Shown: positions 51,968 through 60,589 of the stretch, piece by piece
Layout of the letters: every line of letters starts with the position of its first letter
Position numbering within the stretch: the stretch's first letter is position 1
Assembly (NCBI GenBank): GCA_005223125.1
Contig: NJBH01000016.1
Coordinates: forward strand, 24,022-88,021
Origin: Promethearchaeota archaeon Loki_b32
Lineage (GTDB): Archaea; Asgardarchaeota; Lokiarchaeia; Sigyniarchaeales; SOKP01
Length of the DNA stretch: 64,000 nucleotides
Direction: 5' to 3'
Translations under genes and position numbers: made by a program
The notes under the pieces: model-generated
Databases searched by the model: none
What the model saw: the letters and a program-made list of their open reading frames with translations, nothing else
What the model was told of the DNA's origin: nothing

Positions 51968-52899
51968 CCAAATACAACAGGAATTATGAAAACTATTGTG
52001 GTTAAATAAACATAATATACTGCTATTATAGAGACCAAGATAATTCTGTATAAATTTTTCCGATCCTCATTTGTTAGATTTTCTAAAAATATTATTAATA
52101 ATAAGCCAATGAACATTAAATGTGAAGGCTGTAAAGCTTTCCACATGATTGAATCGAAGATCAAAATCCCATGAATTTCCTTATCACTGTAAAACCAATT
52201 ATTAAACATTTGAGAGAAATAGTTAGGGAAAATTATGTAGGGAACACAAATTAATAAAAAAGGAACCAAATAATAGATTAGATCTTTCCATTTTATTTTT
52301 CTAACTAGTAATAAAACTGGTAGAAATAACAGGGCAGTAATCTTAAACGTAGCAAGGGTGAATAATATGCCAGCAATCCATTTTTTATCTTTTTCCAAAA
52401 ATACGTAAGAATAAAACAAAAAGAATGAAATTAAAAAATTAACATTATTATAATATCCATCTATGCTAAACCCGACTATACTTAACATGTAAAAAATGAG
52501 TAAATCTTTCTTTTCCTTAAATACTCTTGGTGCTTCCCTAACAATTATAATTGTTAATACTAATCGTAGTATATCCCAAATGTAAACCCCTATTATTAAA
52601 TTATTAGGATTTAAATAAATTGGAAAATAGATTGGAAAGAATAGAAAATACCAAAAATAAAGATAATAAGGTGGCCAATCTGATATTGCTACAGGATCAT
52701 AGAAATTAACTAAACCATTATTCATCCCTTCCATTAGAATCTTAAAATCAATATCTTTTGTTTCCTGAATCCATTCTGATAAATCCTGGAAAAAAATTCT
52801 TAAAATTATAAGAATTATTGTGATAATTGTAAAAAAACAGATAAAATACAAAGGAATTGAAGATTTTTCCTTAACTTTGTCTACAGTTTGTATACTCAT
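51964..52899 (-). CDS. Polytopic membrane glycosyltransferase-like protein (GT87/DUF2029-like)
   Basis: Multiple TM helices, DF early motif, PPYYLY, N..FL and AGILFTLATFKI pattern. Confidence 0.65.
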   Translation of the reverse strand: MSIQTVDKVKEKSSIPLYFICFFTIITIILIILRIFFQDLSEWIQETKDIDFKILMEGMNNGLVNFYDPVAISDWPPYYLYFWYFLFFPIYFPIYLNPNNLIIGVYIWDILRLVLTIIIVREAPRVFKEKKDLLIFYMLSIVGFSIDGYYNNVNFLISFFLFYSYVFLEKDKKWIAGILFTLATFKITALLFLPVLLLVRKIKWKDLIYYLVPFLLICVPYIIFPNYFSQMFNNWFYSDKEIHGILIFDSIMWKALQPSHLMFIGLLLIIFLENLTNEDRKNLYRIILVSIIAVYYVYLTTIVFIIPVVFG

Positions 52900-53078
52900 A
52901 ATAGAAATCTAATATAATTATTATAGTGTATTAATAGAGATTTAAAAGACTTACTTTCAATGAATATTTATTTAAACTTTAATAGTGTATTATTTTAAAT
53001 TTGATTGTAATGAGTAATATATTATTCATAAAACATTATCTTATCACTACATAAATATCGAAAAGATATAGAAAGACT

Positions 53079-54929
53079 GTGACAGTTAGTAAAATTAAAA
53101 AAATAATTGATGCGGCGAAAATAGCTGCTGGAGAGGTTGTAGACAGACCTGTAAATGTAGTAAAGGAACTTATTGAGAATAGTATCGATGCAAAGGCATC
53201 AGAAATAAGAGTTATCGTAAGAAGAGCCGGAAAATCCTTAATTCACGTAATTGATAATGGTATCGGCATTCCTTCTGAAGATGTAGAAATTGCTTTTGAG
53301 AGACATACTAGTAGCAAAATCAGAAGCATTAATGATTTAGAAAACCTCTCTACGTTAGGATTTAGAGGAGAGGCACTGGCTAGCATTGCCGCTGTAAGTA
53401 AAGTTGAAATAATTTCTAGAGTTGAAGATCAAGAAAAGGGAGTACATCTCTATATTGAAGGAGGAAAAATTATAAACAGAAAGAAAATTTCCTGTCCTGT
53501 GGGAACTAATATTCAGGTTAAAAACGTATTCTATAACTTGCCAGCAAGACAGAAATTTCTTAAAACAGATGCTACAGAATTAGGTCATATTACAGATATT
53601 GTCCAGAGATATTCTTTAGCATACCCAGAAGTCCATTTCATATATCGTCATAATGAGCTAGATATACTCAATTGTCCTGCTTCAAATGATTTAAAAACAA
53701 TTGTATTCCACGTTTATGGAAAACAAATTGCGAAATTCTCTGAACTTATTGATTTCGAAGATCATAACCCTTATTTTAAAGTAAATGGATTACTAGGCCA
53801 CCCAGAAATTTCTAAGAAAAACCGATCATATTCAAGTCTATTCATTAATCATCGCTATGTGATAAGTGATTTGTTATCAAGAGCAATTCAAGAATCTTAT
53901 AAAGGAACACTCATGGTGGGTAAATACCCATTTTATATACTTAATATTAATTTAGATCCTTCTGTAATTGATTTCAATGTTCATCCAAAAAAACTTCACG
54001 TAAGATTCGAACGAGAAGAATTTGTCTATAATAAAGTATATAATGTAATTAGAAGTTTTGTTGAAGATTTGTTTATAGTAAAGGAATCAAAGTATATTTC
54101 AACTGAATTACATGATTTTGTATCTAAGGAAGAGAAAGTATTAAAACCAATAGAAGAAATCTCAAAGGATGAAATTAAAGAAGAACAATTACAGAAACAA
54201 TTTTTAAAACTTGAAGAAAGTATACAATTAAGTTTAGAGGATCAGATTATTTCAGAAAAATCAATTGAAAAACTTCCACCTGAGGCTCTACTAAGGGAAA
54301 AATATATAATTTCTAAGAATTTTCCCAAATTACGATTAATTTCCCACACTGGTCAATTAAGCAATAAAATATATATAGTTTTAGAAGGAATTAATGAGAA
54401 TAACGAGGAAGGACTCTTTATCCTCGATCAACATGCAGCTTCTGAGAGAATTAATAAAGAAAAATTCTTGAAAGCTTTTGAAACCTCAAAAATGAGTAAG
54501 CAACAACTAATTTCTCCTTTAAAAATTGAGATCTCACCTAGTGAAAAGTACTTTTTACAAGATAATCTCAATGAAATTAAGAAACTTGGTTTTAATTTCG
54601 AATATTTTGGTGGGAATGCATTTCTTTTAAGAGATATTCCAACAATTATCGAAAAAATTCCGAAAATAGAAATTATTAAAGAAATAATCAGTGATATAAC
54701 TGAAATTGGAAAAGATAGGAGTTTTTCAGAGGTTAAAGAAGATATTATAAACTATTTATCTTGTCATAGAAGTATTCGGGGTGGTGATGATTTATCCTTA
54801 AAAGATATAAGAAATATACTAATTGAACTAGGAAAATGTGAAAATCCCTTTCATTGTGCTCATGGCAGACCTACTATAAGATTTTTTTCCTATAAAGAAT
54901 TAGATAAACTATTTAAAAGAAAATTATAA
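53079..54929 (+). CDS. mutL: DNA mismatch repair endonuclease MutL
   Basis: KIAAGEVV, KELIENSIDA, GFRGEALASI, DFNVHP, DQHAASER, SCH, CAHGRP. Confidence 0.96.
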   Translation: MTVSKIKKIIDAAKIAAGEVVDRPVNVVKELIENSIDAKASEIRVIVRRAGKSLIHVIDNGIGIPSEDVEIAFERHTSSKIRSINDLENLSTLGFRGEALASIAAVSKVEIISRVEDQEKGVHLYIEGGKIINRKKISCPVGTNIQVKNVFYNLPARQKFLKTDATELGHITDIVQRYSLAYPEVHFIYRHNELDILNCPASNDLKTIVFHVYGKQIAKFSELIDFEDHNPYFKVNGLLGHPEISKKNRSYSSLFINHRYVISDLLSRAIQESYKGTLMVGKYPFYILNINLDPSVIDFNVHPKKLHVRFEREEFVYNKVYNVIRSFVEDLFIVKESKYISTELHDFVSKEEKVLKPIEEISKDEIKEEQLQKQFLKLEESIQLSLEDQIISEKSIEKLPPEALLREKYIISKNFPKLRLISHTGQLSNKIYIVLEGINENNEEGLFILDQHAASERINKEKFLKAFETSKMSKQQLISPLKIEISPSEKYFLQDNLNEIKKLGFNFEYFGGNAFLLRDIPTIIEKIPKIEIIKEIISDITEIGKDRSFSEVKEDIINYLSCHRSIRGGDDLSLKDIRNILIELGKCENPFHCAHGRPTIRFFSYKELDKLFKRKL

Positions 54930-54960
54930 CGATTGGAGGTATTGGTTTATAAAGCATAAA

Positions 54961-57333
54961 TTAAAATATGTTTATCCCAGTCTTGGCTTGAAATGTCTTA
55001 ATTATATAATCTTGAATTACTTGAGGATTATTCATTCTATGATCGATCCAAAATGGAAATTCAATTAAAATAATATCGTGTTTGCTACAAAAATATTTTC
55101 TAAATAAATCAATACAACGCCCATTAATAAAACGCATAAAAGTCGCAAAATCTTTGCGAACATTATTATATATTCTATGGAAAGGATTAGGAAAATAGTA
55201 ATGCTGTGGACCATTGTATTCAGAAGCAATTTTTAATCCATTTAAACTTAGATTTATACTATTGGCTACTCTCTTCAAAACTTTGCTTTTTAATGTAATT
55301 ACTTTATCAATAAACTCAAATTCAAGGTAACCATAAGGAAATTCAATTAAAACAGTATCCCCCTCATTGATAAAAATCCTATTAGATAAAAAATCATTAG
55401 TTATATTTTTTAATACTCGTTTACGATTATTAAAATCATTAATGAAATATGTTTTATGATGTTGTTGATAGAGTAATTTTTGTTCGTTTGCATTTAATAA
55501 TATCAACAATCCTTCATTTAAAATCAATTTTACTTTATTATTTCCTAATATTAATTCATTCTTTATAAATGATATTTTAGAATAACAATCGAAATGAATC
55601 CTCTTATCTGACACAGTCCCTAAAGTATGTAACTGTACCTTTGAAAAAGGACTATTAAAGACAGCTTCAATATTTTCACGATATAGAGATTCATACTTAC
55701 CCTCAGAGCAATATGGACACCAAGTACCTTGTACTATACTATTAGGAATAGCATCCCAAGGTCTATGTTTCTTGGTATTACAAATCCATGTTAATATTAC
55801 TTTAGATGGAGGCGAATGTTTTTCATTAATCATTTCATTGAACTCTTCTCTGGTTGTTACTAAAGATCCTGGTACATTATTTTCTTCTATACCTCTTCTT
55901 CTAGCAAGTTCTACAAAATCATCATAACTCTGACCCACTCGTTCTCCAAAACATTTTGGACACCAACTATGTTGGGAATTAATTGTATCAATTCTTGCAT
56001 CCCAATATGGATGACCTTCTATATTACAACTCCAAGTTAATAAAATTCTAGAAGGAGATTCATTTTTAATTAATTCATTGAATTCCTCTCTTGTTGTTAT
56101 TAATGATCCCGGCACATTGTTCTCTTCTATACCTCTTTTTCTTGCAAGTTCTGCAGCATCATCATAAGTATATTTGGAAGCTTTACTCCACATCAAATCA
56201 TAATAATTTATTATTTCACCAGTTTCAACATCTCTAATTTTTGCTGAATCCCTTGCGAATGTTCGAACCGAATCAACAGAAATATAATCTTTTGGAAATT
56301 CTTTTAATATTGTTTCTTGAATTTTCTGAACAGACATATATGATTCTCCTCTCTTAAATTTATCAACTTCAGTTCTTACTAACATGAATATTCTTTTTTT
56401 TAAGTATTCTGGGATTTTATGTCGTATGATCCCACGAGAATCTTCACCAAGTGAATCTCTACAATTAGAGCAAGGTATTATGTATTGCTGTAAGTTCGCA
56501 AGCGATTCTGAAAATGAATAATAGCATTTAAGACACATCCATTGTAAGATCGAATTTTGATTCTTGTATTCTTTTTCATAATTAGATAATAACTTCAAGT
56601 TCATTTCACGAGCCCTTTCTTTTATTGTTTTTTCACTGAGTGGTCTTTCTGTCTTCTTTGCAAATCGAGGATTTAAATAAGGTAAAATATATTTAATTAT
56701 GGGAAAATCAGAATCAATCCCAGTTTTTCTTGCAACTTCAGCCTTATTTTTTGATATATTATCGGAAATTAATATTGGAGCAAATTTAATTATTTTTTTA
56801 TAAAATTCTGCTGTTGGATTTTTAAGAATACCGAAATTTTTAAGGAGTTCTTTAATTTTCTCTTCTGGAATATTTAATGTCCATTTTTCATTTAAATACC
56901 TAGTCTTAATATAGTCAAGGAATTTCTTATGCCTTCCAATAATTATAATACTTTTTTTTGAATTCCGATTTCCTATACTTTCCATTTCATTATTCATAAA
57001 AACATCTACTTCTTTTGGGATTATATTTTCATTACTACTTATTAACTCCTTGTTTTCTATTTTAGTTGTTCTTCTTATCAGTTCCTTAGACTCTTTTTTA
57101 TTTTTTCTAATTAAATTACCTTCTAATCCAATATATTCACTCAAATTCAATTTTTCTGAATTAATTTTGAATTCAAACCTTTCTAATCCATCATATTTGC
57201 TTAAATCTAGCTTTTTTCGATTATTTTGGAATTCAAAGCTTTCTAATCCATCGTATTCACTCAAATCTGGTTTTTCTGAGGTCACAAAGACAAATTCTTC
57301 ATCATCTTCAGAGTGTCTATCAACATCGTTCAT
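54961..57333 (-). CDS. Multi-zinc-ribbon protein with C-terminal Vsr/DUF559-like PD-(D/E)XK endonuclease domain
   Basis: WMCLKC..CSNC, WSC..H..WCPKC, WIC..H..WCPYC; FDCY...EYNGPQHY...C.KHDIILIEFPFW. Confidence 0.75.
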   Translation of the reverse strand: MNDVDRHSEDDEEFVFVTSEKPDLSEYDGLESFEFQNNRKKLDLSKYDGLERFEFKINSEKLNLSEYIGLEGNLIRKNKKESKELIRRTTKIENKELISSNENIIPKEVDVFMNNEMESIGNRNSKKSIIIIGRHKKFLDYIKTRYLNEKWTLNIPEEKIKELLKNFGILKNPTAEFYKKIIKFAPILISDNISKNKAEVARKTGIDSDFPIIKYILPYLNPRFAKKTERPLSEKTIKERAREMNLKLLSNYEKEYKNQNSILQWMCLKCYYSFSESLANLQQYIIPCSNCRDSLGEDSRGIIRHKIPEYLKKRIFMLVRTEVDKFKRGESYMSVQKIQETILKEFPKDYISVDSVRTFARDSAKIRDVETGEIINYYDLMWSKASKYTYDDAAELARKRGIEENNVPGSLITTREEFNELIKNESPSRILLTWSCNIEGHPYWDARIDTINSQHSWCPKCFGERVGQSYDDFVELARRRGIEENNVPGSLVTTREEFNEMINEKHSPPSKVILTWICNTKKHRPWDAIPNSIVQGTWCPYCSEGKYESLYRENIEAVFNSPFSKVQLHTLGTVSDKRIHFDCYSKISFIKNELILGNNKVKLILNEGLLILLNANEQKLLYQQHHKTYFINDFNNRKRVLKNITNDFLSNRIFINEGDTVLIEFPYGYLEFEFIDKVITLKSKVLKRVANSINLSLNGLKIASEYNGPQHYYFPNPFHRIYNNVRKDFATFMRFINGRCIDLFRKYFCSKHDIILIEFPFWIDHRMNNPQVIQDYIIKTFQAKTGINIF
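55710..56170 (-). repeat. Intragenic duplication, two ~240-bp (80-aa) units
   Basis: YDD..ELAR.RGIEENNVPGSL.TTREEFNE..P...LTW.CN..H..WDA....WCP.C occurs twice; visible at DNA level with a 240-bp offset. Boundaries are approximate. Confidence 0.9.
57121..57280 (-). repeat. 60-bp tandem repeat, about 2.7 copies (20-aa unit)
   Basis: TTCTAATCCA starts at 57121, 57181 and 57241; peptide unit K.[DN]LS[EK]Y.GLE.FEF. Confidence 0.92.
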
Positions 57334-57695
57334 TCGATATTTTCCTCTGGTTCATTAGTACATCCGAGAATATTGTTTTTTCTATAAGGTCTTTGCCCTG
57401 TATAGCATTTTGGTGTTATCTTTATATCTCCTTTTACTTCTATATATCCTTCTATTTTTTCTTTACTGTTTAATTTAATTTCTGTTTCACCCTGTATAAA
57501 ACTCTTTGGCAAGTATATTTTTTTAGGATTTGTTAAATCCTCTATAAAAACTTCTTCGTCTTTATTAGCTATAGCTTTAAATACATCTCTGAGAGTTGTA
57601 CCGTTTTTTATTTCTTCAACAGCAAAAGTCAAATATTGTTCCCATCCACGCTTTTTTAATTCAACTACTAATTTCTTACGGGATATTGTTACCAT
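57330..57695 (-). CDS. Hypothetical protein, translationally coupled to the downstream nuclease
   Basis: SD-like AGGAGTGAT upstream (reverse complement of 57702-57710); ATGA stop/start overlap at 57330-57333. Confidence 0.75.
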   Translation of the reverse strand: MVTISRKKLVVELKKRGWEQYLTFAVEEIKNGTTLRDVFKAIANKDEEVFIEDLTNPKKIYLPKSFIQGETEIKLNSKEKIEGYIEVKGDIKITPKCYTGQRPYRKNNILGCTNEPEENIE

Positions 57696-57908
57696 TTTTT
57701 TATCACTCCTGTGTATTTTATTTTCTTAAATTATCAATTTAAAATTTTTATCTAAATAGTTGGTGGACATAAATTTTTTAATGATAGATTTTCATTCCTA
57801 TTCATGTACACAATACTTTAATTTTACTTTTTTATTGATCTAATATATTAAATTAATACAAATCCAATTTTCATCAAATATTAAGACGAAATTGAACTTA
57901 TACATGTC

Positions 57909-57961
57909 AGTAATAACCTTTAAATTGAGAGGGTAATTTACCTAATTACCCTGTTATTACT
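57909..57961. repeat. Nested inverted repeats in the AT-rich spacer
   Basis: AGGGTAATT (57930-57938) / AATTACCCT (57944-57952) nested inside AGTAATAAC (57909-57917) / GTTATTACT (57953-57961). Confidence 0.6.
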
Positions 57962-58471
57962 CTATATATAATTAATACCTTTATCTTTTTAAATTTTAAA
58001 TTTTTTTTGCAAAATGTAGATTTTGAGATGACTTTTTATTAAAATAATTCAATTTTTTTACTGAATTATTTCCTTTTTTCAAATATAAATAAGAAATTAT
58101 TTTTAATATTAGATAATTAAAAAATTATTATTTTATGCAAACTGCATTAAACGTTATCTACACGATTATTCCTCTCATAATTTATTAATCATATTTTTTT
58201 AAAATTGTCTTTATAAATTTAAAACTAATTTTTTTATATAAGAATTAAATAAATTATAGTTATTAAAAATCGAGAATTTAACATTTGTCAATTAAAGATT
58301 TAGATTTTAAACATTAATTAAACTGATTATAATGCAAATTATTAGATAAGAAAAGTTAAGATTGTCATAAAGTTTTTTATATCTTCAAAAAATAATTTTT
58401 ATATAGAATTTACCAATTTTCTATTTAAACCTATTTAAATGAAATATCGTATTGTAACAATAAATGGTACT

Positions 58472-58499
58472 AATTTACATTTATAAATTTACATTTATA
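58472..58499 (+). repeat. Perfect 14-bp tandem direct repeat
   Basis: AATTTACATTTATA twice, just upstream of the putative promoter. Confidence 0.7.
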
Positions 58500-58514
58500 T
58501 TTCTTTATCTCTCT

Positions 58515-58530
58515 GATAAAAACTTAAATA
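58515..58530 (+). promoter_or_regulatory. Putative BRE/TATA promoter for the structured RNA and nuclease gene
   Basis: GATAAAAAC-TTAAATA would place the start near 58550. AT-rich context makes chance matches common. Confidence 0.35.
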
Positions 58531-58552
58531 TCTAACTTTTCTTTTATTTTAT

Positions 58553-58570
58553 AACAAACGGATGTTTGTT
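58553..58570. promoter_or_regulatory. Palindrome (operator or 5' hairpin)
   Basis: AACAAAC-GGAT-GTTTGTT, a perfect 7-bp inverted repeat. Confidence 0.5.
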
Positions 58571-58580
58571 TAAAAAGAAC

Positions 58581-58858
58581 AAGACTGATTTTGGAGGATC
58601 CATTAACCGAGGGGGGAGATCCGCTGGTCTATATGTCTTTTCCGTCTATATTCTTTTGGCCGAGAATATAGCTGGAGACGCCATATAGAGGGGCGGATGA
58701 CCCCTTTCAGATAGTGGATCCTCCAATTAAGATGTTATATTCCTCTAGCGGGCACCGTTGAAGCACGCATGTTTCAATAATATGGCTAAATCAATGCGCC
58801 CTGCTTGCTTTGACAGTATCCGCTGGAGGAGTACCACCTCTTAATTATCTCCGGTCTT
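58581..58858 (+). ncRNA. Unknown structured RNA or 5' leader with two long rod hairpins
   Basis: 46% GC by hand count (129/280 over 58581-58860) against very AT-rich flanks. Hairpin 1 is 58591-58726, hairpin 2 is 58727-58844, closing stem 58581-58587/58852-58858. G-U bias indicates the + strand. Confidence 0.75.
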
Positions 58859-58878
58859 ATTATCAAAAATTACAAAAT

Positions 58879-58884
58879 GGAGGT
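58879..58884 (+). promoter_or_regulatory. Shine-Dalgarno site GGAGGT
   Basis: 8 nt upstream of the GTG at 58893. Confidence 0.75.
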
Positions 58885-58892
58885 AGATAAGA

Positions 58893-59375
58893 GTGGTAGA
58901 TATTGATAATATCAAGCTAAAAGACAAAAGGTTAAGAGATTATATTTTATCAGTTGATAGGAATATAGCATGGCACTTAAATGGTGATTTTACTTTAGTT
59001 CAATCAATCATTAAACAGCAAACGATACTTTTAGAAAACTCAAGCAAAAACTCGAATAGGATGGATGAAGTTTTAATCAAATATTGCTATATATTCGATT
59101 ATGAATGGGATGTTGTTTCAGGAATGAGTCAATATGGTGTTGGAGATCTTGTTTTCACTGACGGCAATGAGAATTACTTAGTAATAGAAGTCAAACAACT
59201 TTCTTACGGCTCAGGGAGAAATCAATGCGTAGCACGTAGAAAAGCAAGAAGAAGAGTCGAAGAGCAGGCAATTAAATATATGAATGCATTTCGTAAGAAA
59301 CACCCAGAAGCTAAATCTATAATCGGCGTGGCAGTTGCCAGTTCTGAATGGACTTTTTATGCTTTTAAGGGTTAA
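58893..59375 (+). CDS. Small stand-alone PD-(D/E)XK nuclease (RecB/NucS-like motifs)
   Basis: E..GVGDLVFTD..YLVIEVK..EQAIKY gives the D, ExK and QxxxY motifs; strong SD. Confidence 0.78.
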   Translation: MVDIDNIKLKDKRLRDYILSVDRNIAWHLNGDFTLVQSIIKQQTILLENSSKNSNRMDEVLIKYCYIFDYEWDVVSGMSQYGVGDLVFTDGNENYLVIEVKQLSYGSGRNQCVARRKARRRVEEQAIKYMNAFRKKHPEAKSIIGVAVASSEWTFYAFKG

Positions 59376-59410
59376 AAATAAAATCTAAGGAAAATTAAAG
59401 AACTAATAAA

Positions 59411-59439
59411 ATGTCTATACTAATAGACATCCTTTTTTT
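59411..59439 (+). terminator. Hairpin plus poly-T terminator
   Basis: ATGTCTAT-ACTA-ATAGACAT followed by CC and T7, between convergent genes. Confidence 0.6.
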
Positions 59440-59463
59440 ATTCATTAAAAACCACTAAAAATT

Positions 59464-60507
59464 TTAAGTAAAGATATATAACCTTTTTTCTTTATGATAA
59501 TGCACTCCTAAAAAATCGTTTAAATCAGTCAAACTTCTAGGTATCTTAATTAAACCTGGATTTTTAAAAATTTTAACTTTTGAAATAATATAATTCTTAT
59601 TGGAAATATCTATTCCTAGATTCTCTAAAATATTCATGTCTGTATTAAATTTTTCAGTCTTCTTCAAATTAATCTTTGTTACATCTTCATCTTTCAAACT
59701 ATTAAGCTTATTTAATTCATTCATGAAATTTATGTTATTTTTTAGCGAATTAATAATCTTAGATTCTATTAAAATTTTTGAAAGATTTTTAATTCTACTT
59801 ATGTATTTCATCATCAAATACTCAATAAATTGATTCTTTATTGAGTATACATAATTCTGATATATAATTCTTTTCAGTTTCCAAAAATTTAAAATCTCTT
59901 TATAAAAAGTATTGTTTATATGCCATATCTTTGTATTTTCAGAGTAATGCATATTCATAATTAGTTTTTCTAAATCTATTTTTTTTATCTTTAATAATTT
60001 TGCAGTCTTTGTTATTCCTTGAAGTGTATCTAAATCAATATGCGAGTTTAATAGAATTTTATACTGATTTGGAATTTCTTTAATTAGTGGAAGGTGGATA
60101 TTATGTATTTTAAAGACGGAATAAAAATTTTCATTTATAATAATATCACCATACTCTTCATGATTAAAATTTTCACTTTTTCTCAATATTCTTTCTCCAA
60201 TGTGTGAAAAGAAAATATGGCCAATATCATGCAATAAACCTTGTAAAATTACTTTTATTCCAATTTCTTCTTCAATGTGATTTTCAATCATAAGTCTTGA
60301 CAAATAATAAGCTGTTTTAATTGAGTGTTGATATCTTGTAAATTCTACTGAATTATCAAAAGCGAACCTAAAAGTTGCAAGATAAGAAATATCCTTTAGT
60401 CTCTTAAACCAAGGATTTGGGATAATTTCACTTACTAAAAGAGCAGTCTTAACATAACCATTAGATTCAAGGTATGAAGTTAATTTACTCAAATTTGCAT
60501 TAATCAC
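59464..60507 (-). CDS. HD-domain phosphohydrolase (SAMHD1/dNTPase-like, divergent)
   Basis: FKRLKDISYL, TRYQHS, LLHDIGHIFFSHIGE, HE, IDLD. Confidence 0.82.
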   Translation of the reverse strand: MINANLSKLTSYLESNGYVKTALLVSEIIPNPWFKRLKDISYLATFRFAFDNSVEFTRYQHSIKTAYYLSRLMIENHIEEEIGIKVILQGLLHDIGHIFFSHIGERILRKSENFNHEEYGDIIINENFYSVFKIHNIHLPLIKEIPNQYKILLNSHIDLDTLQGITKTAKLLKIKKIDLEKLIMNMHYSENTKIWHINNTFYKEILNFWKLKRIIYQNYVYSIKNQFIEYLMMKYISRIKNLSKILIESKIINSLKNNINFMNELNKLNSLKDEDVTKINLKKTEKFNTDMNILENLGIDISNKNYIISKVKIFKNPGLIKIPRSLTDLNDFLGVHYHKEKRLYIFT

Positions 60508-60589
60508 CTTTCCTAAGTATAATAATATTTAACTGATTAATATTACACAATTAAATTGTTCTATTATTTAATTATTATTTTATATAATC

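Noticed and set aside
57121-57280. 60-bp periodic repeat as a mini CRISPR array
   Set aside because: It is in frame inside a CDS, the whole unit is similar with no unique spacers, and there are no cas genes.
57945-57957. ATTACCCTGTTAT matches 13 nt of the 18-bp I-SceI site
   Set aside because: The match is incomplete and there is no LAGLIDADG gene or vector sequence nearby; treated as coincidence.
58581-58858. Structured element as SRP RNA, RNase P RNA, tRNA or SECIS
   Set aside because: No SRP helix-8 GNRA/AGCAG motif, no RNase P GAGGAAAGUCC, no cloverleaf, and no adjacent selenoprotein gene.
58581-58858. Structured element as retron msr-msd or an IS200/IS605/OMEGA RNA
   Set aside because: No reverse transcriptase, TnpA, TnpB or IscB gene in the window. 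A non-autonomous origin cannot be fully excluded without a genome-wide search.
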